From positions 1 to 63,476 of IMG/VR virus record IMGVR_UViG_3300025894_000010: a DNA stretch of 63,476 nucleotides. One strand, given 5' to 3'. Positions 29,901 to 36,800 of this stretch are shown here, one piece after another. A program made the translations under genes and the position numbers. The DNA comes from a virus (Duplodnaviria > Caudoviricetes). Positions within the stretch are counted from its first letter, which is position 1. Each line of letters opens with the position of its first letter. The notes under the pieces are model-generated. The model was given only the letters and a program-made list of their open reading frames with translations, did not search any database and had not been told where the DNA came from.

Positions 29901-30428
29901 TATGAGACGACATATACCAGTGACTACTCTTCAGCATATACCTCTGAGTATGAGTCATCATATCTCGGAACATATACTGGCTTTTATATACCGTCATATC
30001 AATCCACTTATGTAGGAATATATGTTGCAACTTACGATGCAATAGGTTATACTGGTAGTTATGAGACAACTTACACAGGTCTCTATGATGCGGCATATGA
30101 TTCTGAGTATGAAGCACTGTATGAATCGGCTTATGTGGGTGAGTACGGTGGTGATATTATTACAGCCAACTATGATGGGGCATCATATGATGGTGCGGGT
30201 TACACTAGTGTCTATGATTCTGGTTACAGTGGAATATTTGAAGGCGCGCCTGGCGCAGGCGGTAATAATCTCAATCCTCTTGATAAAGAACTGCCTTACG
30301 AGGGTGCTATATACACTAGTACATACAGCGGTACTGAGTTTTATTCTGGTGTATACGGCGATAGAGACAATCTGTTACAGCCGCCCGTGACTTACGAGAT
30401 ATGGACTCTCTGGTGTAGAGTCGCTTAA
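20988..30428 (+). CDS. Giant mirror-symmetric Tyr-repeat protein, putative hairpin fibre with central tip domain
   Basis: 3146-aa ORF: N-domain, acidic Y-x3 repeats, 55x YxGQxxEx-Yxxx, 114 Y/F tetrapeptides, 172-aa unique domain, 114 tetrapeptides, 55x Yxxx-YERxxxIT, acidic Y-x3 repeats, short C-terminus. The ORF is clear; the function is inferred. Confidence 0.8.
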   Translation: MSSRPFRFSNSLANDGAVKEFLVSEEDWLAYRAGLYLSNITTTEASSLTSGQTANSVDVGTYIDTFYDENAASDPPVTRTRNYTVDVRSVGGGHTNTFRNPVEFPPLCYDDDTIIINVIFDTETAPTGNGFEELQASLTFNTSPAYIVTNVTATPAASNINGNVVTWEKFTNPRLKGQFTATYEISFTQNVGLFQATLDVSSQDSENTPAQVSSSFVGTTRVEDRNAPGASTISHPLYQNNNQIPLQTSSEKRNPVYFDRVRNGLKEMNDNELEVMCARVISNIMQNERPGTYRLSNEAPSADYTAYLENIFTDTRSDGTAITYSIYIKTSDIVPTEIRPLAIKRKNDNVFEALQEMTVPQIDFTLGERSKKVIMDTGIGTYQLRSSAQGAPTDTGVWQPRGKAVDSRLNYDFAGGYEGDRTEEFQYESEYQATYIGTYVASYEGIYVSEYESEYIASYVGTYTTEYEGSYVGEYISGYTGSYISEYVSVYEALYTTSYEGSYLGQYDGAIDVEFFSDKYEGLPVEEVYEQQFYTGTVYDSTYTTTYDSSYTTGYESTYEGIYTGQIEETYEGFYEGDIAEQYIATYVGQVEESYATTYTGQVPEQYTTRYAGQIAEDYVGAYTGQVIEDYTTSYVGQVPEQYETAYTGGVPEQYVGAYTGQVIEDYTTAYVGQVPEQYETAYTGQVPEQYVGAYTGQVPEQYVGAYTGQVPEQYVGAYVGQVEEDYTTAYVGQVPEQYVGAYIGQVPEQYTTGYTGQVPEDYVGAYIGQVPEQYVGAYSGQIPEDYVGSYIGQIPEDYVGAYQGEIPEDYVGSYVGQIAEQYATSYVGQVPEDYIGAYVGQIEEDYVGAYVGQIEEDYVGAYVGQIAEQYTTGYTGQVPEDYVGAYTGQVPEDYVGAYVGQIAEQYATSYVGQIAEDYVGAYTGQVPEQYVTSYVGQVPEDYVGAYVGQVPEQYETAYTGGVPEQYVGAYTGQVPEQYVGAYVGQVPEQYTTSYVGQVEEYYTTAYVGQVPEQYVGAYIGQIAKQYVTSYVGQVPEDYVGAYVGQVPEQYVGAYVGQIEEFYTTGYTGQVPEDYVGAYTGQVPEDYVGAYVGQIPEQYTTSYVGQIPEQYIGAYVGQIEEDYTTSYVGQVPEDYVGAYVGQIPEQYTTAYVGQVPEQYTTSYVGQVEEVYGAEYIGQVPEDYVGSYIGQVPENYLAQYEGQISKPYSAEYTGQVPETYFGTYSRNFEGTYSRNFEGTYGGQYSRDFVGQYSRNFEGNYIGQYARDFVGQYSRNFEGNYIGQYARNFAGTFSRNFEGTYIGQYSRLFAGQYARNFEGNYIGQYSRNFAGVYSRNFEGSYVGQYSRNFAGTYSRNFEGTYGGQYSRDFVGQYARAFIGQYTGTYARNFEGSYSRAFEGNYIGTYSRNFAGNYLNNFAGQYTGAYSRNFLGNYARNFEGSYVGQYSRNFAGNYARNFAGTYTGTYSRNFLGNYARNFSGQYTGTYSRNFLGNYSRNFAGQYTGTYSRNFLGNYARNFSGQYTGTYSRNFLGNYARNFAGQYTGNYARNFAGQYAREFLGNYLGNYARNFTGFYARTFLGAYVGNYSRNFAGNYARNFTGQYTGNYAGNFTGNYARNFAGQYTGNYARNFLGNYARNFAGQYTGNYARNFLGNYARNFAGQYTGQYSRNFSGQYTGQYSRNITNNNTPAGSATITIGLTPNPYVSDEYGYMFGGGSGSISPSSFSFGIPSVTMYNFSKFVPIGAPQNLPIIRVSAGGTHPQFTFTRVQIVGASGTHPTGPYSSPTKNLYTSPSFGSGPAGGYFVSTPPFGPSPLTNWTWSVPYPFGGWTDSFDNPVGTSFGINFFAQSTTSQNFSGQYTGQYSRNFSGQYTGNYARNFAGNYARNFAGQYTGNYARNFAGNYARNFAGQYTGNYARNFAGNYARNFAGTYAGNYARNFLGNYARNFAGAYVGGYARFFLGQYSRNFAGNYLGAYTRNFTGNYSRQFAGQYTGNYARNFAGNYLNNFAGQYTGQYSRNFAGNYLNNFAGQYTGNYARNFAGNYLNNFAGQYTGQYSRNFAGNYLNNFSGQYTGNYARNFLGNYARNFQGTYIGQYSRNFAGNYARQFFGQYTGNYARNFLGNYLNNFSGSYLGSYSRVFIGQYSNNFAGQYTGAYSRNFAGTYSRQFGGNYIGQYSRNFVGQYARNFEGTYTGQYARDFTGEYARNFEGTYTGQYARNFTGNYSRNFEGSYTGQYVRDFVGQYSRNFEGTYTGQYARNFTGTYTRNFEGTYTGQYARNFTGTYSRQFGGNYIGQYSRNFVGQYSRDFIGGYEGFYERTQSITYVGEYERQESVVYQGLYERQQDITYQGLYERSQTIGYQGLYERQQDITYEGLYERQQDITYEGLYERQQDITYTGLYERQQDITYTGFYERQQDATYEGLYERQQDITYEGLYERQQDITYTGLYERTQEITYTGLYERTQGITYTGFYERQQDLTYEGLYERQQDITYTGLYERQQDITYEGLYERQQDITYEGLYERQQDITYSGLYERQQDITYEGLYERQQDITYEGAYERTQEITYEGIYGRTQNITYEGLYERQQDITYEGLYERQQDITYEGAYERTEEITYTGLYERQQDITYEGLYERQQDITYVGLYERTEEITYTGLYERTQGITYEGFYERQQDITYTGLYERQQDITYQGFYERQQDTTYTGLYERQQDITYEGLYERQQDITYTGLYERQQDITYTGLYERQQDITYTGLYERSEEVTYEGLYERQQDITYTGLYERTQGITYEGLYERQQNITYEGLYERQQDITYTGAYERTEEITYEGLYERTEEITYEGLYERTQEITYEGLYGRTQNITYEGLYERQQDITYSGAYERTQEITYEGIYGRTQNITYEGLYERQQDITYSGAYERTQEITYTGLYERQQDITYEGLYERTEGITYTGFYERSQDTTYEGLYTRESPEEYTGFYERESIESYDGEIYETTYTSDYSSAYTSEYESSYLGTYTGFYIPSYQSTYVGIYVATYDAIGYTGSYETTYTGLYDAAYDSEYEALYESAYVGEYGGDIITANYDGASYDGAGYTSVYDSGYSGIFEGAPGAGGNNLNPLDKELPYEGAIYTSTYSGTEFYSGVYGDRDNLLQPPVTYEIWTLWCRVA
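22674..24653 (+). repeat. Coding tandem repeat, 55 x 36 nt (consensus YVGQVPEQYVGA)
   Basis: First unit starts at 22674 and last at 24618; difference 1944 = 54 x 36. Confidence 0.95.
24654..26021 (+). repeat. Coding repeat, 114 tetrapeptides (YSRN/YARN-FxGx-YTGx), outgoing arm
   Basis: 1368 nt, with an aromatic residue every fourth position. Confidence 0.9.
26538..27905 (+). repeat. Coding repeat, 114 tetrapeptides, return arm
   Basis: 1368 nt, identical in length to the outgoing arm. Confidence 0.9.
27906..29885 (+). repeat. Coding tandem repeat, 55 x 36 nt (consensus YEGLYERQQDIT)
   Basis: YER units from 27918 to 29862; difference 1944 = 54 x 36. Confidence 0.95.
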
Positions 30429-30440
30429 TGAGGAAGATCA

Positions 30441-30884
30441 ATGAATCACTATTATTACCAAGACAATGCGTTTTGGACCAATGATACAAAGACCGCTCTT
30501 AAATGCATTAGAGTCAGTAGACTAGAGAACGGCAAAGAAAAAACTGAAGTATTAACCAGCGAACAAGGCGATGGTATTTGGGATTCTATCATTAGTGAAT
30601 TAACCATTCCTGGTATTGATGCATCAAGTGAAAAGCGAAGACAAGAGAAAGAGAATAGTCGTGCCACTCAAATCGTTCGGGACGAGCAACAAAAGCAAGC
30701 CAAAAAACTAGAATCGTTATTTGACCTCAAGATAAAAGCGTTTGAGATAGAAGCAATTAAGAATTGTGAGAACAGAAAACTCCGTTCTAAATTACGCCGA
30801 GCAGAAAATGAAGTTGAAATGAATGCCCTTGCGACTTTAATTATTGCTATTGATATGGGCATATTGGAAGATCCAGATGTCTGA
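30441..30884 (+). CDS. Hypothetical helical protein (possible fibre assembly factor)
   Basis: GAGGAAG RBS; charged helical C-terminus LF.LKIKAFEI..IKN...RKLRSKLRRA. Confidence 0.65.
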   Translation: MNHYYYQDNAFWTNDTKTALKCIRVSRLENGKEKTEVLTSEQGDGIWDSIISELTIPGIDASSEKRRQEKENSRATQIVRDEQQKQAKKLESLFDLKIKAFEIEAIKNCENRKLRSKLRRAENEVEMNALATLIIAIDMGILEDPDV

Positions 30885-31620
30885 AGGTTATGTTGTTGTA
30901 GCGTCAACCAAAAAACTGTTTTACGATATGGCAATCAATCTGATTGATTCTATCAAAGATTTTCATCCTGACGCTCAGTGCGCACTCTTTACTGAAGAAA
31001 GATTTCTTGATGGTAAAGAAAAAATAGTGGATCATCTGGGCTTCATTGAAGATCATAAGCGTTCCAAACTCAAAGGTATGGCAATGAGTCCATACGACAA
31101 GACGTTTTATATTGATGCCGACTGTGAAGTTGAGCATGAAGACATTGCAAAAGTTTTTGATGAATTGAAAGACAATGATTTAGTTTTTACCGGCTTGCCC
31201 GAAGACCGACACTATTGTTATGCAGAGGTATTTTTTGAGGGGGCGCGAAAGCCTGATGGAAAACCCGGCGGCTTTGATCTGTGTGGTGGTGTGTGTTTGT
31301 ATGATATGACTAACCCGCTTGTACGAGAATTTATGAAAGAGTGGTATGAACTGACCGTAGAACAATATGCGGGCAGATGGTGGCCGACGAAAGCAGACGG
31401 CACTGAAGATCTAGAGAATTATCCACAATCATTCAAACGATGGGATCAATTCTCACTCTGGTGGTTGGTCAACAAAGTACCCAAGTACAAAGATCTCAAG
31501 GTAAGTATTTTTGAAGACGATGCGAGATGGAATTATTTCAATGGATACTTGTATAAGCACAACCAAGATCCAGTTGTCATAAGGCACTACTCTAATATAC
31601 AAATGAAAAGAGACCAATGA
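30877..31620 (+). CDS. GT-A-fold glycosyltransferase-like protein
   Basis: GYVVVAS, A.NLIDSIKDF, SPYDKTFYIDAD (DxD), GGVCLY, WDQFSLW, RWN, VVIRHYS. ATG at 30877 overlaps the upstream gene end. Confidence 0.75.
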   Translation: MSEGYVVVASTKKLFYDMAINLIDSIKDFHPDAQCALFTEERFLDGKEKIVDHLGFIEDHKRSKLKGMAMSPYDKTFYIDADCEVEHEDIAKVFDELKDNDLVFTGLPEDRHYCYAEVFFEGARKPDGKPGGFDLCGGVCLYDMTNPLVREFMKEWYELTVEQYAGRWWPTKADGTEDLENYPQSFKRWDQFSLWWLVNKVPKYKDLKVSIFEDDARWNYFNGYLYKHNQDPVVIRHYSNIQMKRDQ

Positions 31621-32306
31621 ATCATAGTTTCAGAAAAGGAATGCAAGACATTCCGCTCAATAATTATGCTTTAAGCAAACTCAAAGAAGTAGAGTGGTTA
31701 ATAACAGATGACAACTATCTAGTAACAGAACCTACTTGTTGGAATCAGAGACACGAACAAGAACGGTTTACTTCTGACGAAGAATTGTTTAAAATAATGG
31801 AGATGGGACGAGGTCATGACGGCTTTCCCGAAGCCATTTATGGTTACTCCATGACAAACAATTTAAAGTTTAAACCCGACAGCACTAGTGCACAAAAGGC
31901 AGAGTTTGGCAAGCGTGTTCAGAGTATGATGAGCAATATCATGCTTTCTTTTAACTTCAAGACCAACGCTTTGTTCACTGTCTATCCTCCTGGTGGATAT
32001 ATCTCGTGGCATAACAACGCAAACGCACCCGCATACAATTTTATATTTACATGGTCTGAGACTGGCGATGGTTGGTTCAAGTATTGGGACATGGAGAAGA
32101 AAGCGATTGTGACAATGCATGATACTCCGGGATGGCAATGCAAGGCAGGTTTCTTTGGTGCCTATTCACATGGTGAAGAGCATTTGTTTTATCATGCCGC
32201 ATCAACAAATTGCACGAGAATGACCGTTGCCTTCACACTTTCCCGCGATGAAACATCGTTAAATTGGCAAGATGACATCATTGAAGAGATAAGTTCTTAT
32301 AAATAA
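31617..32306 (+). CDS. 2OG-Fe(II) oxygenase-like (double-stranded beta-helix) protein
   Basis: YPPGGYISWHNN, FIFTWS..GDGWF, FYHAA....RMTVAF; H-x-N in place of H-x-D. Confidence 0.6.
   Translation: MNHSFRKGMQDIPLNNYALSKLKEVEWLITDDNYLVTEPTCWNQRHEQERFTSDEELFKIMEMGRGHDGFPEAIYGYSMTNNLKFKPDSTSAQKAEFGKRVQSMMSNIMLSFNFKTNALFTVYPPGGYISWHNNANAPAYNFIFTWSETGDGWFKYWDMEKKAIVTMHDTPGWQCKAGFFGAYSHGEEHLFYHAASTNCTRMTVAFTLSRDETSLNWQDDIIEEISSYK
32298..32305 (+). promoter_or_regulatory. Late promoter TATAAATA
   Basis: Overlaps the end of the upstream gene; starts the next unit. Confidence 0.75.
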
Positions 32307-32334
32307 AACCATAGTAATATGGAAATTATAAGAC

Positions 32335-32685
32335 ATGGCACACTATGAAGATCTAACGATAGATCAAGGCACAGATGTTGCAATAGAAATCTACTTGGTT
32401 AATCCAGACGGCACTAAGAAAGACCTCACTGCACACACCGCTGCCGCTTCCATGGCTACCAGGTATGATGCGCCAGCGGGTGAAAAGATCGCCTTCACTG
32501 CCGCGATAGGATCACCCGCAACAGATGGCATAGTAAATCTATCACTTACCAATACAGAATCTCAGGCATTAAATCCTAAAAAACGTTATGTATATGATGT
32601 AGAAATATCTGTGGGCTCCGATCCAGTAGTTGTGGAGAGAGTTCTACAGGGGAAAATAACCGTTTCTCCTTCTGTCACTGAGTAA
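32335..32685 (+). CDS. Small beta-sandwich virion protein (fibre adaptor-like)
   Basis: DLTIDQGTD, DLT, G.VNLSLT, RYVYDVEI, RVLQG.ITVSP.VT pattern typical of T4-like fibre clusters. Confidence 0.65.
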   Translation: MAHYEDLTIDQGTDVAIEIYLVNPDGTKKDLTAHTAAASMATRYDAPAGEKIAFTAAIGSPATDGIVNLSLTNTESQALNPKKRYVYDVEISVGSDPVVVERVLQGKITVSPSVTE

Positions 32686-32688
32686 CGT

Positions 32689-33861
32689 ATGACAGATATC
32701 CGTGTTGATAAGATACTTGTAGGTTCACCTAGTTATAAAGTTTTAGTTGGTGAAACAACCAAAGTAGAAAAAATTGTTGTAGGTGTTCCTTTATCCACAA
32801 TAACAATTGGTCCTTATGTTGATATTGATAACATAGTAGGGCTAGACACTTCGGGTGCGACCGACGGTGGAGTTATTACTTATGACTCCGATGCTGGTGG
32901 GTATATTGTTACTGACAGTCCTGTTCTAGAGGTAGATGGCAAGACATATCCTAGTGATAGTGATCATACAAACATTCTTATCCGAAGATCAGGCACTCAA
33001 GGTGAGCCTGTCATTCTTCAGCAAGGCGAGATAGCATATTCTTACCTTGTTGACAATGCGACTGATGGTTTTGGTAATGGTGGTGATAGATTATATATCG
33101 CCACAGGTGCCAACAATGACAGCGGTTACTCTACCAATATAGAAACAATTGGTGGTAAATACTTTACAGATCTGCTGAATCATCAACAGGGTACTTTGAC
33201 AGCAAACAGTGCACTGATTACAGACGCAAACAAAACCCTTGATCAGATTCTAGCAGATAGTGCCACGTTTGTCAACATGCGGGCATCAGGCGCAGTTTAT
33301 ACACCTGAAATTATTTTAACACAATCGTTTATCACCTCTGACTCAGCAATGCTTCGTGACGGCACGGGTGCGCCTTATCTCACTTGGTCCGACGGACTGA
33401 GCGGGCAACTAGCCAAAGGGTTAGCAGGATATTACGACGGCAAGCAAGCATTTTATTCAGACTCCGCAAATAATCCCATTACGGATTCTGATCATATTGG
33501 TATTACTGCACCCAACTTTGTAAAAACACTAGGATGGCTGGAAGGTAAGAGCCTTTATATAAATGAAAATGCAATCATCACCGGTAATTTAACAGTTAAT
33601 GGTGACCAAACGAATCTTAATACCGGTAAAGTATTAATAACTGATAAAAGAATTATCCTTGCCAACAATATACCAACAGCACGAGACGCTGATCAAAGTG
33701 GTATTGCATTAGGAGATTCAAACACACCTATTGCCACAATCACTTACGTCAATAACGGTATAGACTCAGCGAGTTGGACGTTTGATCCTGGCATTATAGC
33801 GCCGTTTATTAAAGTAGAGAACTTAGAGTTCGCAGTCATTGACTGTGGAAAATACGCATAA
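32689..33861 (+). CDS. Tail fibre-like virion protein
   Basis: ILIRRSGTQGEP..LQQGEIAYSY...DRLYI, IGGKYFTD, GNLTVNG, DKRIILA, IDCGKY. Confidence 0.65.
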   Translation: MTDIRVDKILVGSPSYKVLVGETTKVEKIVVGVPLSTITIGPYVDIDNIVGLDTSGATDGGVITYDSDAGGYIVTDSPVLEVDGKTYPSDSDHTNILIRRSGTQGEPVILQQGEIAYSYLVDNATDGFGNGGDRLYIATGANNDSGYSTNIETIGGKYFTDLLNHQQGTLTANSALITDANKTLDQILADSATFVNMRASGAVYTPEIILTQSFITSDSAMLRDGTGAPYLTWSDGLSGQLAKGLAGYYDGKQAFYSDSANNPITDSDHIGITAPNFVKTLGWLEGKSLYINENAIITGNLTVNGDQTNLNTGKVLITDKRIILANNIPTARDADQSGIALGDSNTPIATITYVNNGIDSASWTFDPGIIAPFIKVENLEFAVIDCGKYA

Positions 33862-33864
33862 ATA
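33858..33864 (+). promoter_or_regulatory. Late promoter variant (C)ATAAATA
   Basis: Overlaps the upstream stop, about 30 nt before the 2773-aa gene. Confidence 0.55.
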
Positions 33865-33892
33865 AAGAATAATATTTCAGAAGAACCCTGAT

Positions 33893-36800
33893 ATGGCAGC
33901 ACGTAAAAAAATATTATTGCCTAGAAGCGATATTCCTAACCGAGCACCGACGGTCAACGAGATTGATTACGGTGAAATTGCTATCAATACGCATGATGGC
34001 AAGGCGTTTATCAAGCGCGATCAAAACGGTGAGGTAACAATAGAATCAATCGGTTCTGAACAGGTTGAGAATGTTTATTACGTCTCTAAATCAGGAGTTT
34101 ACGGTAACGACGGTCGATCATTGATGAACTCAATGAAGACACTAGACTCGGCTGTTGCCACTGTGTTGACCAAGCAAGGCTTTAAGTTTGATAAAATTAC
34201 GTGTGAACGTGACACGCAGTTAATCATGGACGCTGTCCGTTATGACATGGTATTAGAAACAAACTTTAACTCTGTTAATGCTGGACTCGCATATAAAAGA
34301 GGCAACGCCGGCAAAGTAACAACTGAACAGAAGTATCAGACTCGCCGAGCAATCAATGAAGAACGTGTTGGCATGTTATCAGCGCCTCTGGTGGCATCAA
34401 ATCCAACTGCAACAGCACGAGTAGGTGCAGGCTTTACAGAACTTATTGACATTTTCTATGACGGTGAGCCTGATGATTATTACTTTACAAATCCACCTAT
34501 AGAGTCACAGACAGACGCAAACAATGCATCACAAATTCTTCAAGAGAACAGAGCGGCGATTCAAGATGCTGTACTGTCCTATCTGAACAATGCCAATCTA
34601 GATCCTTATGACTCTGCTAAATGCGAAAGAGATATAGGATTGATTCTTGATGCAGTCGTGGATGATCTGATAACAACGTCTGACTATAGAACTATTACTG
34701 CCGCAAATGCATATCTTCGTGCAAACTCTGCCTATGTGTTGAGTGATCAGTTTGAAATGACTGTGGCGGCATTAGAGTTTGCGAAGGGTCAAGTACAGTC
34801 TCTTGTTGGTGTACCAAGTGATGCGCTTATTGCTACGTTCTTTGATCGGGTAATTAATGTTGTCAATGGAACAACGACAACTTATCCTGCTCCAACATAT
34901 CCTACGACTGGTACTGCTACGTATCAAACGGCTGATAGAATTACGGCAAGTGCGGCACTGATAACAAATCGTGCGACTCTTGTATCAGACACTACGGCAT
35001 ATATTACTGCCAACTATCCTACTTTAGACTACGACTCAGCGGCATGTGAAAGAGACGTTGGTTATATTATAGATGCTTTAGCGCACGATGTCAAGTACGG
35101 TGGTAATGGTGGAACACGAGTAAACGCAGAGGCTTACTTTGTTGGCACAGAGTCACAGTTAGGCTTTGGTGAAGGCACTGCCACAATTGCGGCTTATAAT
35201 GATCTAAAAACACGAATTAATGTTGTTGTTACTACCGCACCTGAGCAAACTGATATCGGTGCTCTGATAGACGAAATCACGGGTGTTATTACTGCGGGTG
35301 ATCTGACTGGTTTGTCGGCACCTGTTGCGATTGATCTAGATGGTTATCTCAGTGGTGTTCTCAGCGAAAGAACGATAATTCTAACCAACAAGTCTACGAT
35401 TGAAGATGATACAATTGAGTATGTGGATGATAACTGGGCAATCAAGAACACTAATATCAAGTCATACGATGCTGGTAAGTGTTCACGAGATGTAGGTATT
35501 ATTCTCGATGCCGTCCGAAGAGACTTTATTTTAGGAACAGACTACTGGACGATTACCGCAGGTAACTCATATCTTCGTGCGAATACAGCATACTTGAAAT
35601 CTGAACAGAATTATGCTACTATTGAAGCAGTAAAGTTCGCAAGAGACACTGTTAAGACACTACAGAATGGAATCCCAGCAACCAATGTTTTCAGTTCAGT
35701 TCAGCAGACCACACTTGATACTTTATTTGAGCGTGTTATTGATGTTATTGACGGCACAGTTACCACTCCAATTACAGCGATCACGTATCCAACAGCAGGC
35801 GATTATGCATCGGTGGCAGGTAGAGCCACGCAATCAGCAAATATTATAACATCAAGAACTACTCTTGTCAACAACTTAACGTCATTTGTTTCAACTACGT
35901 ATCCTACATTTACTTACGACCAAGCGGCATGTGAGGCAGACACAGGCTTTATCATTGACGGCTTGGTGGCAGACTTACTGTACGGTGGTAACACAGCAAC
36001 AAGACAGGCGGCATTTGCTTATTATGTCGGTGCTGTATCTCAGTTAGGTGCTGGCGAAGAGAAAGTAACGATTGCGGCATACAACAATTTGGCTACAGAC
36101 ATCAAAGCCCTCGTTGGTGTCACCGAAGATGCTCGGGTAGATGAACTCATAGCAATCATCACCACGGTGATTGAAGAAGGTGACACGTCCAGTCTTCTTC
36201 TCAATGAAGTAGAAATAACAACAACAGGGTTGACAACTACCGAATATGATGTTATACTAAGTGAAACGCCTGATATACAGACTGCTACACTTGCATTCGT
36301 AGATAAAACATTCATACCAGAACTACCAGATTACGATCAAGTTAAATGTTATCGTGACGTAGGTCTCATCCTAGATGCTGTAAAACGAGATCTGATTACA
36401 GGATCTACTTACAACACCATCACTGCGGGTTTCTCATATCTTCGTGCCAATGCGTCTTATGTCCAATCGGATCAGTTAGAAAAGACGCTTAAAGGTATTA
36501 ATTATGCCCGAGATGAAGTCAAGAAACTAGTTGGTGCGTCCGATGCAAGTATCGATATATTGTTTGCACGAGTCACCGATGTTCTCAATGGAATTGTAAC
36601 CACTTACGAAACACCAACTTATACTGCTCCTGGTGGTACTCACGACGGTTCACTAGGCGGAGACAGGATTACTGCGGTATCAAATCTTCAAACCAATCGA
36701 TCGGCTGCTGTAACCGCTCTTATTGATTATATTGATCTAGAATATCCTGCACTTGAGTATGACACAAATAAATGTAAGCGAGACGCAGGTTATATTATTG

